From: Octopus bimaculoides
Taxonomy: Eukaryota
Length of the DNA stretch: 34,421 nucleotides
NCBI RefSeq assembly: GCF_001194135.2
Contig: NC_068981.1
Coordinates: 130,865,059-130,899,479, forward strand
Direction: 5' to 3'
Part shown: piece after piece, positions 1 through 10,738 of the stretch
Layout: each line of letters opens with the position of its first letter
Position numbering within the stretch: position 1 is the first letter of the stretch
Position numbers and translations under genes: made by a program
The notes under the pieces: model-generated
Told to the model about the DNA's origin: nothing
Seen by the model: the letters and a program-made list of their open reading frames with translations, nothing else
Database searches by the model: none

Positions 1-392
1 ACGGCGTCGAAAGGAAACGGTTCACCCGAACTATCGAGTCAATGTTGTGGTACAAAGGGATAAACCACCTGAGGAAGCCAAGGCCCAGGCCAAACCGCGC
101 AAGCACAAATTACTTCCATCAAATTCCTGCTACTGCTCACCTCCTCCATATCCAGCTTGATCAACTTGGTTTCCAGCGGCACTAGCTTCTTCGTCGCAGT
201 GGCCCTGGTGTAGCTCTCCATACTGGAGACACTACCACTTGCCACAGCTGGGGAAAAAATGCAGCGGCTCGCGTGAAACGTAACAACAATAATTCCACAA
301 AAATCACAATTATTCACAGAGGCGACTTACAGTAATTCACACAGTTTTCACAGAGTAACACAGCAGTATTCACAAAATTTCACAGAGACGTT
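1..392 (-). mobile_element. 5' UTR and start of ORF1 of a probable non-LTR retrotransposon (L1/Tx1-like), running off the left edge
   Basis: GC-richer minus-strand frame MESYTRATATKKLVPLETKLIKLDMEEVSSSRNLMEVICAC...PQH*LDSSGEPFPFDA, with one in-frame stop at 39-41 and coding-like sequence continuing past it. Upstream is a UTR-like stretch with repeated CTGTGAA. No diagnostic domain is visible, so the clade is inferred. Confidence 0.4.
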
Positions 393-447
393 ATACCGCT
401 AAGCATTTCGCCCGGCGTGCTAACGTTTCTGCCAGCTCGTCGCCTTA
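393..447 (-). mobile_element. tRNA-derived head of SINE family A (head only)
   Basis: Reverse complement TAAGGCGACGAGCTGGCAGAAACGTTAGCACGCCGGGCGAAATGCTTAGCGGTAT matches the heads at 19071-19095 and 20236-20285, then stops abruptly. Confidence 0.85.
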
Positions 448-539
448 GCCGTTTTATATTTTGAAATGCATGTCGGTATAATAAATTTTTTTAAATGTTT
501 TAAAATGGTTAAAAAAATAAGGCTGTAGATTAGCAAGAG

Positions 540-705
540 CCGTGGGTTGGCAGAATAAGTGGAGTGTTAGCTAAATGTCTTGCTGTATTTCGTTATTTAG
601 TTACGCCTCGTTATATTCTCATTTCGAATATTACCAAGGTCAGCGTAACTTTCACCTGCGTAGAGTTGATAAATTAAAGTACTAATCAAGTACCGGTGTT
701 AATCA
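540..705 (+). mobile_element. Highly degenerate SINE family A copy
   Basis: ggttggcagaat...ctaaatg...gtatttcgt...ccaaggtc...tttcacc...gataaattaaagtac follows the family A motif order. Confidence 0.45.
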
Positions 706-2214
706 AATCTTGTATATCCATCCCATAAGTTCAAAGCTTTGCTAGAAATAAAGTCATAATTATTATTATCGATGATGATTTCTAAATTAGACACAAGTCT
801 AATATCTAAATTAGACACAAGGTGGAAAAAAACTCGCTCGTATTGCTGAAGGTTGTTTATGCATCAAATCGAATGTATTGTGTTAAAATAAGTAATTTGC
901 GAAGAAATAAATACGTAGTTATATGTGTTTGGAAATCTAAAATTTAAATTGAATTTAAGATAAACAATATTTTAGACTGAAATCTACAATAAATAAAAGA
1001 TATTAAGTTTTCCTTTTTAAGAGATTTTTGTTGCTATGAAATACGGTAAGATTTTTGAAGTAAAATACACACCAAGTTCGAAGTTTATACAAACACACTC
1101 TTTTGAAGGTTATACATACTCATGTCTCCTAAAGTTTATAAATATATAACATTTCTAAATTTCATGGATACACGCGTGTATCTGTGTATGTCTATACCTG
1201 TATGCGCAACCTGAATTTAAAATATGCAAACTCTAGATATATTTTTGTTATGATTTCATTTGTTTTCTTTCACTGGCAACAAATTAAAATCAGACGACCA
1301 AACCAACCATTTCCAGGATTGGTTAAAACTTGCAGTATTGTGCTGCACGCCACCTGGCTTTTCTACGCTACATGCTGCGGAATCAGCAGTTGTCTGAGGC
1401 GCATAGAAATAAAATAAAAGCAAAACATTGCGGTCAATAACCCTTGGTTGTCTGGCTGAATAATTATGTTAAGAGACCAGTGTTGCTGTTCACAGTAGGA
1501 GAGCAGTCTCTACGTTTCATTCAATGATGACAATATGGAGCGAACTTGTTCAATGTCTGCTTCACATCATGCTTCGATGAACTGCAGACTGAAACTCCAG
1601 GTTCTAACGATGACGTCAGCTTTAATTAATTATACTTCACTCTTTTCTCCACCCTTTTTTCCTCTTTATATGTCGCCAAAACAAACATTCAAACTCAATT
1701 TTTTTCTATACATAGGAACAAAAAAATTATTAGCACTGGCGTGTCATCTAAGATTGAGTCTTTCGATCCACTTGCGTCAATAACATCCGTTAATTTCTCA
1801 CCAATCCGTCCTTTATCTGCAGTTAGACATCGTGATGTAAAAACCAAATTATTTGTTTCAAAGTTAGAATCTCAGGAAAACTTGTAAATGAAAGGTGTCG
1901 ACAATCTCAATTGACATGGTAGAAAGTAACGTTAGACAGAATGATGTTCCTGCATTCCTCGAAGATCTTAACGATATAAATTAAAGAAAACGGCTAGAAT
2001 CTCAATGCGAAACTAAGTAGCAGGCACTAACATGTCAATTGTGAAATGTCTGCTCCTTTTCGATTTGGCACACAAATTCTATATTGTATATAGAATTAGT
2101 GATGAAACTCTGTTGCACCTTCGGCGAGCTAGGAGCACAACTTCATTCTCTACAGCAATCACCAGGCAATGAGGAAATGTTGCAAATATTAACAAAGAGT
2201 CTATATTTTATGAT

Positions 2215-2975
2215 TGAAGAATACTCGACTTCTTCAGTGCACCGACTCGACTAGCACCGTCTAGCATGTTTCCGCTCAGCCTCCGAGCCTCACAGCCGAG
2301 CTTGGATCAATACTTGTGACTTGCACTCAGCTTGATAGCGACTGCCTGTACATCGGTGTTTCCCTGACGCTTGGCCTCCAGAGCTGTGATCCTCACGAAT
2401 GCTGCTGTGGATCCACTGTGAATTCTTTCGGCCTCCACCCACTGTCATGGCAGCCTTCCACGCCATGCCGACCGTAACAAGATCATAAAGCATGATTTAG
2501 ACGCCGCAGGTTTCCCTTCTCAGTTCGAGCCAGCGAGGGGCGGTAAAAGGCTGGACGTTATGACAGTTTTCCCGTTCTGAGGTGGTAGGCCTCACATCTG
2601 AGATGCCACATGCTGCGACACCTCCAGCGGCAACTTGGTGCTGTCAGCTACTCGCCCAGGCTTCGCTGCTCGTCAGGCTGAGAAAAACAAACTGTCAAGG
2701 TATCGGTCAAGCCTGTGGCAGTTGAGACCTCCGGCGTTCTTGGCCGCCGGCGTTCTTGGTCTCCGGCGTTCTTGGCCTCCGGCGTTCTTGACCTCCGGCG
2801 TTCTTGGCTTCCGGCGTTCTTGGCCTCCAGACCATATCCCTGCTCAACGCTATCGGGGCGGAGATTGCTGTCTGAAAGTGTGAACCCTGAGAGTCGGAAT
2901 GTCTGTTCCATCGCATCTCTCTCGTTATCCTCCAGAGCAGCGCCTTTCCATTTTGTCTGCTGGTGCCACGAGAAA
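2215..2975 (+). mobile_element. 3' fragment of a CRE-clade non-LTR retrotransposon (zinc knuckle plus restriction-like endonuclease), pseudogenised
   Basis: Manual translation across frameshifts: HRLACFRSASEPHSRAWIN / TQLDSDCLYIGVSLTLGLQSCDPHECCCGSTVNSFGLHPLSW / PRHADRNKIIKHDLDAAGFPSQFEPARGGKRLDVMTVFPF*GGRPHI*DATCCDT...SATRPGFAARQAEKNKLSRY / PVAVETSGVLG / LLNAIGAEIAV...LFHRISLVIL. This matches the CxC-x7-H knuckle, RH, KRPD, W-D-x-T, E-x2-K-x2-KY and P-x-A-x-ET-x-G motifs of CRE elements. Confidence 0.85.
2728..2828 (+). repeat. Minisatellite of 6 x 16 bp (CCTCCGGCGTTCTTGG) inside the CRE endonuclease region
   Basis: Units start at 2728, 2744, 2760, 2776, 2792 and 2808, each with 0-1 substitutions, followed by CCTCC. 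Confidence 0.95.
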
Positions 2976-3385
2976 TGTTTCTATATTATGAGAGGCAAGA
3001 TTCTCCGTTAACCCATGCAGACTGTAAGCTTTTATATTGTGCATGATGGACTTTAAGAAACTCTCCACCTGGGTAAAGACTTAATGTTTATAAAGATAGA
3101 TGTATTCGGTTGAAATATTGCTATCAACAACTACTAAACTACAGTACTGGCAGGGACAACAAACCAGAATTGATAGTTTTCAGGTATCGTACTTTATCCA
3201 ATGTGTCATTCTCTGAAGACGGTACGGTGTGATATGGCTTGTCATTTTTAGCGCATAAAAGTGCTAAAAATAGCCTTTGCATGGGTGGAGTATCTACGTG
3301 GATTCCACGGTATCTACGTAAAGGTTGTATCTGTAGTAGCAATATATTTTGATTATGTTCAGGGCCTAGTAAGTGGCCCTGACAC

Positions 3386-3444
3386 ATATACACATTCATA
3401 TACATTCATATACATATATACAATATATATGCAAATATATACAA

Positions 3445-3539
<95 letters not shown>

Positions 3540-3622
3540 CACGAATATATACATTTACATTCATATATATATATATATATATATATGTACAAATATATAC
3601 AAATACATTCATATATATATGC

Positions 3623-3660
<38 letters not shown>

Positions 3661-3731
3661 ATACAAATACGCGCGCGCGCACACACACATACACACACGC
3701 ACGCACACATACACACACACACACACACACA
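3386..3731. repeat. Compound (CA)n/(TA)n/(CG)n microsatellite
   Basis: Directly visible. It produces the HT/YI/CV pseudo-ORFs. Confidence 0.97.
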
Positions 3732-4117
3732 ATAGATTGAGCCAGACTCTATCGACCGTGGGTTGATGTAAGATAATGCCAATTTTAACGGTGTTTGAAC
3801 TCTGAACTAAAAGATGTAGTCTGAACTCTGTTGACAAGAGCATATGAATTTTCTTCACATTTTTTCTCACAGTGATGTACTTTGACCTATCAGGAAGGTT
3901 TAAAATAATGTTACACCTATCTTCTGGGTCGATTTTAACATCAGGTCAGATTTGGAGAAGGATTTAGTGAATTTGTTTGCTAGGAATGCAACACAAGTGA
4001 ATCCAAAAATCCAGTCTCCGGCAAACAACAGCAATATTAGTACTGGTAAAATTTAAACATTAAAATCATTGCTCGGAAATTGATTTTATTATCCCATCTG
4101 TAGATGAACTATTCAAC

Positions 4118-4334
4118 TTCTTTCTGCTATAAGCGTAAGGCCTGAAATTTTAGGGATGGGGTCTAGTCGACGACATCGACTTCAGTTCTCCAAATGGTCC
4201 TTTATTTTATCGATACCGAAAGGATGAAGGGCAAAGTCAACCTGAACGGAGTTTGAACTTAGGACGTAAAGCCGGAAGGAATGCCATTAAGCATTTTGTT
4301 CGGAACAGTAACGATTCTGCCAACTCCCCGCCTT
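4118..4334 (-). mobile_element. SINE family A, near full length
   Basis: Reverse complement has the head (aaggcggggagttggcagaatcgttac), a B-box-like AGTTCAAACTC, the central gttgactttgcccttcatcctttcggtatcgataaaataa and the tail. Confidence 0.85.
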
Positions 4335-4715
4335 CATCAAAAAAATATTAAACCAAAATCAACGTGGTATCGAAAATTCATCGCTGCCAGTGTTAGAATT
4401 AACCGTTGCGAACATTTTTGTATGCTTTGACTAAGAGAAAGACGGAATACCAAAGGCTTTCACAGAACGTCAGAAATGGCTGATGTTTGGTTTGAACATT
4501 TTAAATTCAAGTGTACAAGGGTGAAAACGTTGGTCTAATGGAGATTAAAGTGGGACGATATTGAGTTTACTAGCTCGTACAGATATGAGAGACGGGACAA
4601 AAAATGGAGGATGAGAAAATGAGAGACAGGCATGTCATGTGGGATAGGTTGGAGATGGTATGCAATTTGCAGTAGTTGTTGAGTGTGGTGCGACAGTGTG
4701 CTTTTATATTTTTTT

Positions 4716-4920
4716 ATGTTTTGCTTGTTTCAGTCGTTGGACTACGGCCATGCTGGGGCAACGCCTTGAAGGATTTTATTCGGGAAAGTCAACCCCGATA
4801 CCTTTTTGCCTTTTAAGCCTGGTATTAATCCTATCAGTCTCTTTTCGCAAACAGCTAAGTTATAGCGAAGTAAACAGACCAACAAGTGGTGGTGGGGAGC
4901 AAACTCAAACATAACACGTA
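4716..4920 (-). mobile_element. SINE family B, 3' half (older copy)
   Basis: ttgcttgtttcagtc...gccatgctggggcaacgccttgaagg...cctggtattaatcctatcagtctc matches the other B tails. Confidence 0.8.
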
Positions 4921-4934
4921 CTCTCTCTCTCTCC

Positions 4935-4967
<33 letters not shown>

Positions 4968-4970
<3 letters not shown>

Positions 4971-5760
4971 CTCTTTTTTACACTTTTACTTGTTTCAGTC
5001 ATTTGACTGTGGCCATGCTGGAGCACCACCTTTAGTCGAGCAAATAGACCCCAGGACTTATTCTTTGTAGTACTTATTCTATCGGTCTCTTATGACGAAC
5101 CGCTAGGTTACGGGGCGTAAACACACCACCATCGGTTATCAAGCGATNNNNNNNNNNNNNNNNNNNNNNNNNNNNNNNNNNNNNNNNNNNNNNNNNNNNN
5201 NNNNNNNNNNNNNNNNNNNNNNNNNNNNNNNNNNNNNNNNNNNNNNNNNNNNNNNNNNNNNNNNNNNNNNNNNNNNNNNNNNNNNNNNNNNNNNNNNNNN
5301 NNNNNNNNNNNNNNNNNNNNNNNNNNNNNNNNNNNNNNNNNNNNNNNNNNNNNNNNNNNNNNNNNNNNNNNNNNNNNNNNNNNNNNNNNNNNNNNNNNNN
5401 NNNNNNNNNNNNNNNNNNNNNNNNNNNNNNNNNNNNNNNNNNNNNNNNNNNNNNNNNNNNNNNNNNNNNNNNNNNNNNNNNNNNNNNNNNNNNNNNNNNN
5501 NNNNNNNNNNNNNNNNNNNNNNNNNNNNNNNNNNNNNNNNNNNNNNNNNNNNNNNNNNNNNNNNNNNNNNNNNNNNNNCACACACACACACACATATATA
5601 TATATATACATATATACACACGACGTACTAAATCTATTCACAAAGCTCTGGTCGGCTATAGTAGAAGACACTTGCCCAACCTTCCACGCAGTGACACTGA
5701 ACTTAGAACCATGTGACTGGGAAGAAAAGCTTTTACCTTACAACCACGCCAGCTCCTATA
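4968..5760 (-). mobile_element. SINE family B with internal (CA)/(TA) microsatellite and N-gap (5148-5578)
   Basis: 3' tail at 4968-5147 and 5' half at 5620-5760 (ctatagtagaagacacttgccc...gaaccatgtgactgggaag). The two halves are joined only across a gap. Confidence 0.85.
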
Positions 5761-5982
5761 AAACCACACTAAACTAGCATTGGTGAGTGAGTCCTTACCA
5801 ATTAGATTTTATTAATGCAATCTACAATGTTTGTGTGTAGCAGCAACACCGTATCAAATATGAGGGCATTACTCTCCCGTGGATCATACTTAAGTTCTGA
5901 GGAGAATCAATAACTGATTAGCGCTGAAGTATTTGCGGCCCTGAAGAAGTCGGCCAGAATTTGGGATTCGGATTTTACTATA

Positions 5983-6116
5983 TTATGAATGTGCGATCGC
6001 ATGGAAAGTTCATTAAAACTTGTGGAGTCTTGTATTTGTGGTGATTTTGAGGAGTCTGTTCAAGAATACGAAAGAGAGAGAGAGAGAGAGAGAGAAAACA
6101 AGAGAGAAAGAAATAA

Positions 6117-6147
<31 letters not shown>

Positions 6148-6331
6148 GGTAAACCAGATTGTTTTCTCGATATGTGCTGTGATTGTGTCTAGAAGCTGTT
6201 TTAAAAGAGACGAGATTATCATGCGACATACAGCTTTCGCTTTGTTATGAATGTGAAATCGCAGGAAAATTTCAATAGAAATTGTGGAGTCTTGTATTTG
6301 TGAACATTTTGAGAGTTTTGTTGATCAATAT

Positions 6332-6398
<67 letters not shown>

Positions 6399-6473
6399 CA
6401 GTTTTCTCGATATGTGTCGTGATCGTGTCTTGGGGATGTTTAAAAGAGACACAAATTATCATGCGCCATGTAG
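5983..6473 (+). repeat. Diverged tandem duplication, about 262-bp unit x2, each with an internal (GA)n tract
   Basis: ttatgaatgtg at 5983 and 6245; tgtggagtcttgtatttgtg, gttttctcgatatgtg and aaaagagac...attatcatgcg occur in both units. Confidence 0.9.
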
Positions 6474-7039
6474 AGAATCGAAGCAGTGAAGGTTTCGTGC
6501 AAAATGGTCCCGGTTTCAATCGTGAGACCTTTGTGTGCAGAAGATTAGCAATGAGTTAACTGCGTAGCGGTAAACATTTTTAGAGGAGACAGCAAGCTCG
6601 TTCTCGATATTGCAAGAGAGTAAAGCATGTACGATAAACAAAAATTGAAAATGTATGGGCTAGCAAAAAGAAAGAGAAAGAAAAAGAGAAGCGTATGTTG
6701 TTATCTGACCATTTAACAAAAAGCTTTTAATCCAAGAGATAAGAGATAGATAGAGCCCCATTGGTGTGCGTGAGTGTCTGCGTATATGTGTGTGTATGTA
6801 CGTGTGCGTGTATGTGTGTATAAGAGTGTTTGTGTGTGTGTGTGTACCTGTGAGTAAGTGAGGGATCTTAGCTAGAAGATTCTCGAGCTAAACACAATTA
6901 AAAAGCTGTATTAGGTGCAACCATATTACTTTCGCCGAATTTTTTTAAAGCAAAGGACTACAAATAAGTTGCATCAAAGAGCAGACAAACAATAGATCCA
7001 GCTTGAGGGAAGGTCTACCGAGGGTTACGAGAGAGAGGA

Positions 7040-7042
<3 letters not shown>

Positions 7043-7133
<91 letters not shown>

Positions 7134-7152
7134 TGTGTGTGTGTGTGTGTGT
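7043..7152. repeat. (GA)n(GT)n microsatellite
   Basis: Directly visible. Confidence 0.97.
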
Positions 7153-8497
7153 GAAAGTATCTGAGAAAGTGATAGTAGACGACATTTTCCATCACGGTGA
7201 AATGTTGGGAGAGAAAGCAAAAAATCACATGTTGGTGAGTTCTGAGATTTTATCCTTCTTACAAATGGGGTACATTTTGTAGAATGCTTCCGAAGATCAA
7301 GATAGATCCTTGCACGGAGAGAAGGAGAGAGGGAGAAATAGAGAGAGAAAATGACTGAAGAGCTCGACGAGACTCTATACATTTAAAGATAATTACAAAG
7401 ACTGGTGACCGTGTTTGAAATAATTGAAGGCGTTTTCGTAACCGGCGTATATAGTGTCATTGTTATTAAGCTCCAGGCGATCAAAAATATTCTAACCTTG
7501 AATTTCGGAATGTTGTAGATGTTTCCTTTAAGACGATAAAATCGTAATTTTAGAAAATTTAGTTGCTATTAACAACAGGTCGAACCAACCGATGCTTGCT
7601 CGTCGCATACATGATGATGAACTAGTGGAATCGAGTAAGAAAGTTTTTGAAGAGTTTGCAGCGCCTGCATACTGTAGATTTGGAAGTGAACAGCAAATAT
7701 GAAAGTGTTTTCAGCAGAAGTGCGCTTAGTAAAACCATAATGGTTAAGAAATAGTGGGCAAGAGAACTCTGCAAAAGAGTCATCATTTTATTCTTTTCTG
7801 AATGCTGTCTCACAGGAATTATGAAGATAAATAAAAGCAATCGAACTGGTTGACGAAACTGATGTTAGATGTAATAAGTCGTGCTTTTAATTTGTATTAC
7901 TGGGACGAAGAATACCTACTGAAAAGATTTTATTTCAATCCATAGCTAAAATATGAAAAGAAAGAAATGCAGTACAATAATAATTATATTTAGATATGTT
8001 TAAGAAGTGCGAAGTACATAATATATTATAAAATAATGCTATATGAATATGCATGCTTTTTCTTATTAGCTCATTCGTGTTAAAAGACCGTCACCAACTA
8101 AATCTTTGGGAACCCTGGACGTTCGAGTTGACTTTCGAATTTCGGTTGCCTCCCTTTGCTAGAGTGACTTTACTCGTTGAGAAGGGGACGAAAACTACCT
8201 TTGTATTGACTGTAATTATACGGTACTTTATATATCTTGTATTGAGAATGTTGAATTCCTAGTAGAAATCTCTAGTATTCCTAGGTAGGAATATTCATTT
8301 AGCTTCTTAAAAACACGCAGAAACTGTTTGGCGCCAAATAATAAATGACTAAATGAAGTTAACAGTTTCTATGTGTCTTTGCACAGCTAAAATGAGTCTT
8401 CGACGCTGTAGTTGCTTTAATTTCAACACATAGTCTCAGATCAAATCACTTACTATACAAGTATAACACAAAAATAAGTAGTGCACGTTATACAAAA

Positions 8498-10075
8498 ATT
8501 ACACAACGACACCGCCGATTCTATACCATTTGGAAACTTCACATCTGTATAGAGAGGATCCGCTTCAGTTAATTCAACAACTTCGTTCTCTTGATCAAGT
8601 CGATGTAACATAACTTTAGCCAATGATGAAAACCAAACCAGCGCTGTTTTATCATTGAGTGTTATTGGAATGGGAAAAAAAAAATCCTGAAGCGCACAGT
8701 TTGCAGCTGCGCAGATTCGGGTCTTATTGAGAGCAGTGCATCAGGAAGTGCTGCTTCGCAACAATAAGCAGAGGGAACATATGTTTTGAGGACCAATATA
8801 AAGTTACAACTTGGCCGTTGTTATATGGAGTTGTAATGTGAAGTTTTGTATGTGACAGCCTTTCATTTATTGGAATTATTATGTTTTACACTCTTTGCGA
8901 GCATTTTAAGGTAAAATGAAAATCTCAGTGGATACTACAACCAGTGTAGAATTTTGAATTTTTTTGTTTGTTTGTTATGACATTTGGTGAAGAATTGTTG
9001 CATTCAATCATTCCAGAGTTACGCGCTTTTGAAAATCTTGGCCAAGAATAAAATCGCGGTATAGGTTTTTAAGAACACAAAGATCACTAGAAAGACAGTA
9101 CTTATTTTTCAATTCTATATCAAGAGAATAAATAAAAAAAACTTTAATATTTAAGCAGATTGTGCCACGCAGATGTTATGTTTGGTTGTGGAGCAATAGT
9201 GATCATCGAAACTGATCTTATAATACTGTGAAAACTAGCAGAGATAATGAGTGTAGAAATGATATGACTGTTGATAATCGCATCCTCTTCAGCAAAGGAT
9301 AAACTTCCGAGCAGTGAAATACTACCTGTACACAGTACAGATGCTAACATAACATCAGCAGTTTGTCTTCCATCACGATTTTTGATATTGATTTTAGACA
9401 TGCATTTCTTGCAAAAAAAAATCTTTCTTCCCGCAGGTATTATAATCAGAACTAAAAGCAGAACAATATTTTCCGTTGTTGAGTAAATTCCCATAAAATC
9501 TGAAAGAGTGAGTTACAGCAATTGTGCAGTTATTTCAGCAATTATGAATGTAGTGTCAGCAAGATGAAACATTTCATATACTTCACCGTTCTTTTGAGCG
9601 AGATGGAGAGACTCTGTTTGATTAATACACTGCACGAAAAGTAAGTGTAATATTTTTCTATAAGAGATGCCGATAGATGAGGTTCTGGTTACATACCAAT
9701 CATGAAAGAATCACATGCCAACTCTTCATGATTCACAATACTTTTCTGGTGTAACAACCGGTAAATTTATTGTCCTTGTAGAGTGTTTGAAGTGACTGTA
9801 AAAACTTCTCAACAGACTCGTCAGGTTTTGGCTTTTGTTGACTAATTGCTCGTAGATGATGATCAATGTCTCCATTTTGATTTTTAATGTAAAATTCTTT
9901 TGGGATGTCGACATCTTCAATGCCTGGAACCCTTCAGTATGCTTATAAACTGTAACAGAAGTATAGCTTCAAGTGTGAGAGGTATGTCTAGGGCATTTGC
10001 TCCATATTTGACGATGAAATAATCGAAGCTTTGCAGTCAGTGTTTCTGTTCTTTAGCTACAACAAAAGAATTTTT
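8498..10075 (-). mobile_element. Decayed, internally deleted Ty3/Gypsy LTR retrotransposon (gag, protease, integrase C-terminal part; RT/RNase H absent)
   Basis: Gag: AKEQKH*LQSFDYFI (~10060-10015), KEFYIKNQNGDIDHHLRAISQQKPKPDESVEKFLQSLQTLYKDNKF, ELACDSFMIG, NQTESLHLAQKNGEVY. Protease: IINSHIISTLIISAS (decayed LIDSGS) and LCVLKNLYRDFILGQDFQK (~9080-9026). Integrase: TTPYNNGQV (8835-8806), EAALPDALLSIR (8759-8722), EVVELTEADPLYTDVKFPNGIESAVSL (8585-8503). LTRs not resolved. Confidence 0.8.
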
Positions 10076-10224
10076 GTAAATTTCACAACATGCAAAGTAA
10101 AGCAATTTCTCTATGATGAAGATATTGAATGAAATAAACTGAGATAAACAATCCCAATGGAAAAAAACTTTATTTCACACAACAACTAAAATATAACAAA
10201 GAAATACAGTAATGTTATGGTTTC

Positions 10225-10422
10225 TGTTGAAGGCAGAAGGCTGCCAATTATTGGGGAGAGGGGTGAGTTGATATCACCGATTCCAGTTCTTTGAGTGATA
10301 CAATATTTTAACGAGTTCGAAAAGAAGAAAGGTAAAGTGTCTTCAGCGAGTTTTGAACTCAGAGCGTGCTGATTCTTAGCGAATATTTCAATGACCCAAT
10401 AATTCTCTCAGCTCGCCGCATT
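10225..10422 (-). mobile_element. SINE family A, degenerate
   Basis: gaaaggtaaagt...tttgaactcagagcgt...cagctcgccgc. Confidence 0.7.
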
Positions 10423-10440
10423 AAAATTACTGTAGTATAA

Positions 10441-10643
10441 TGGTTTAAAATTTTGGCACAGGGCAAGAATTTTTGAGGTGAGTGGCCAGCCAGTCGATAC
10501 CAATAATTGAATGGTACTTATATTATAGACACCAGAAGGGGAAAAAGGCAAAAATCGACATCGACGGAATTTGAACTCCGAATATAAAATGCCGGAAGCG
10601 TTTCTTTTCCGACGGGCTAACGATTCTGCTAGCTCACTGTCAT
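10441..10643 (-). mobile_element. SINE family A, degenerate (tandem with the previous copy)
   Basis: aaattttggcacaggg...ggtactta...aaggcaaaaatcgacatcgacggaatttgaactc...ctaacgattctgctagctc. Confidence 0.75.
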
Positions 10644-10738
10644 AAAGTTACAGTTATATAATAACAACTATTATATATAAGAAGAACGAAATAGTTAACA
10701 CAAAACAAATAACGATTATATACAGTAAAAATCATGTA

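Noticed and set aside
781-821. Duplicated 17-mer TCTAAATTAGACACAAG
   Set aside because: A small local duplication resembling a SINE A terminus; no further structure.
2635-3011. Overlapping repeat-containing ORFs (RRSWPPAFL..., TPEAKNAG...)
   Set aside because: Alternative frames of the 16-bp minisatellite inside the CRE remnant.
3261-3870. Several 68-159 aa ORFs ([12 protein letters not shown])
   Set aside because: Translations of dinucleotide microsatellites. The same applies to the SLSL/ERER ORFs at 5978-7382 and the ORFs at 15162-15440, 19697-19900 and 34214-34420.
3862-3945. Strong-looking splice acceptor (ttttttctcacAG) suggesting a + strand exon
   Set aside because: Weak donor, no recognisable peptide and no partner exons.
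5074-5671. Long ORFs made mostly of X (also at 11.1, 19.8, 21.0, 24.8, 30.6 and 31.1-31.8 kb)
   Set aside because: Artefacts of N-gaps, which contain no stop codons.
7570-7760. Possible hAT transposase C-terminal fragment (FGS...ESVFSR)
   Set aside because: Only a few residues match across frameshifts and no TIR was found; too weak to call.
9144-9494. Hydrophobic 116-aa ORF resembling GPCR/chemoreceptor TM1-TM3
   Set aside because: It is in line with flanking gag and protease motifs and is better explained as the decayed knuckle/protease region of the Gypsy element.
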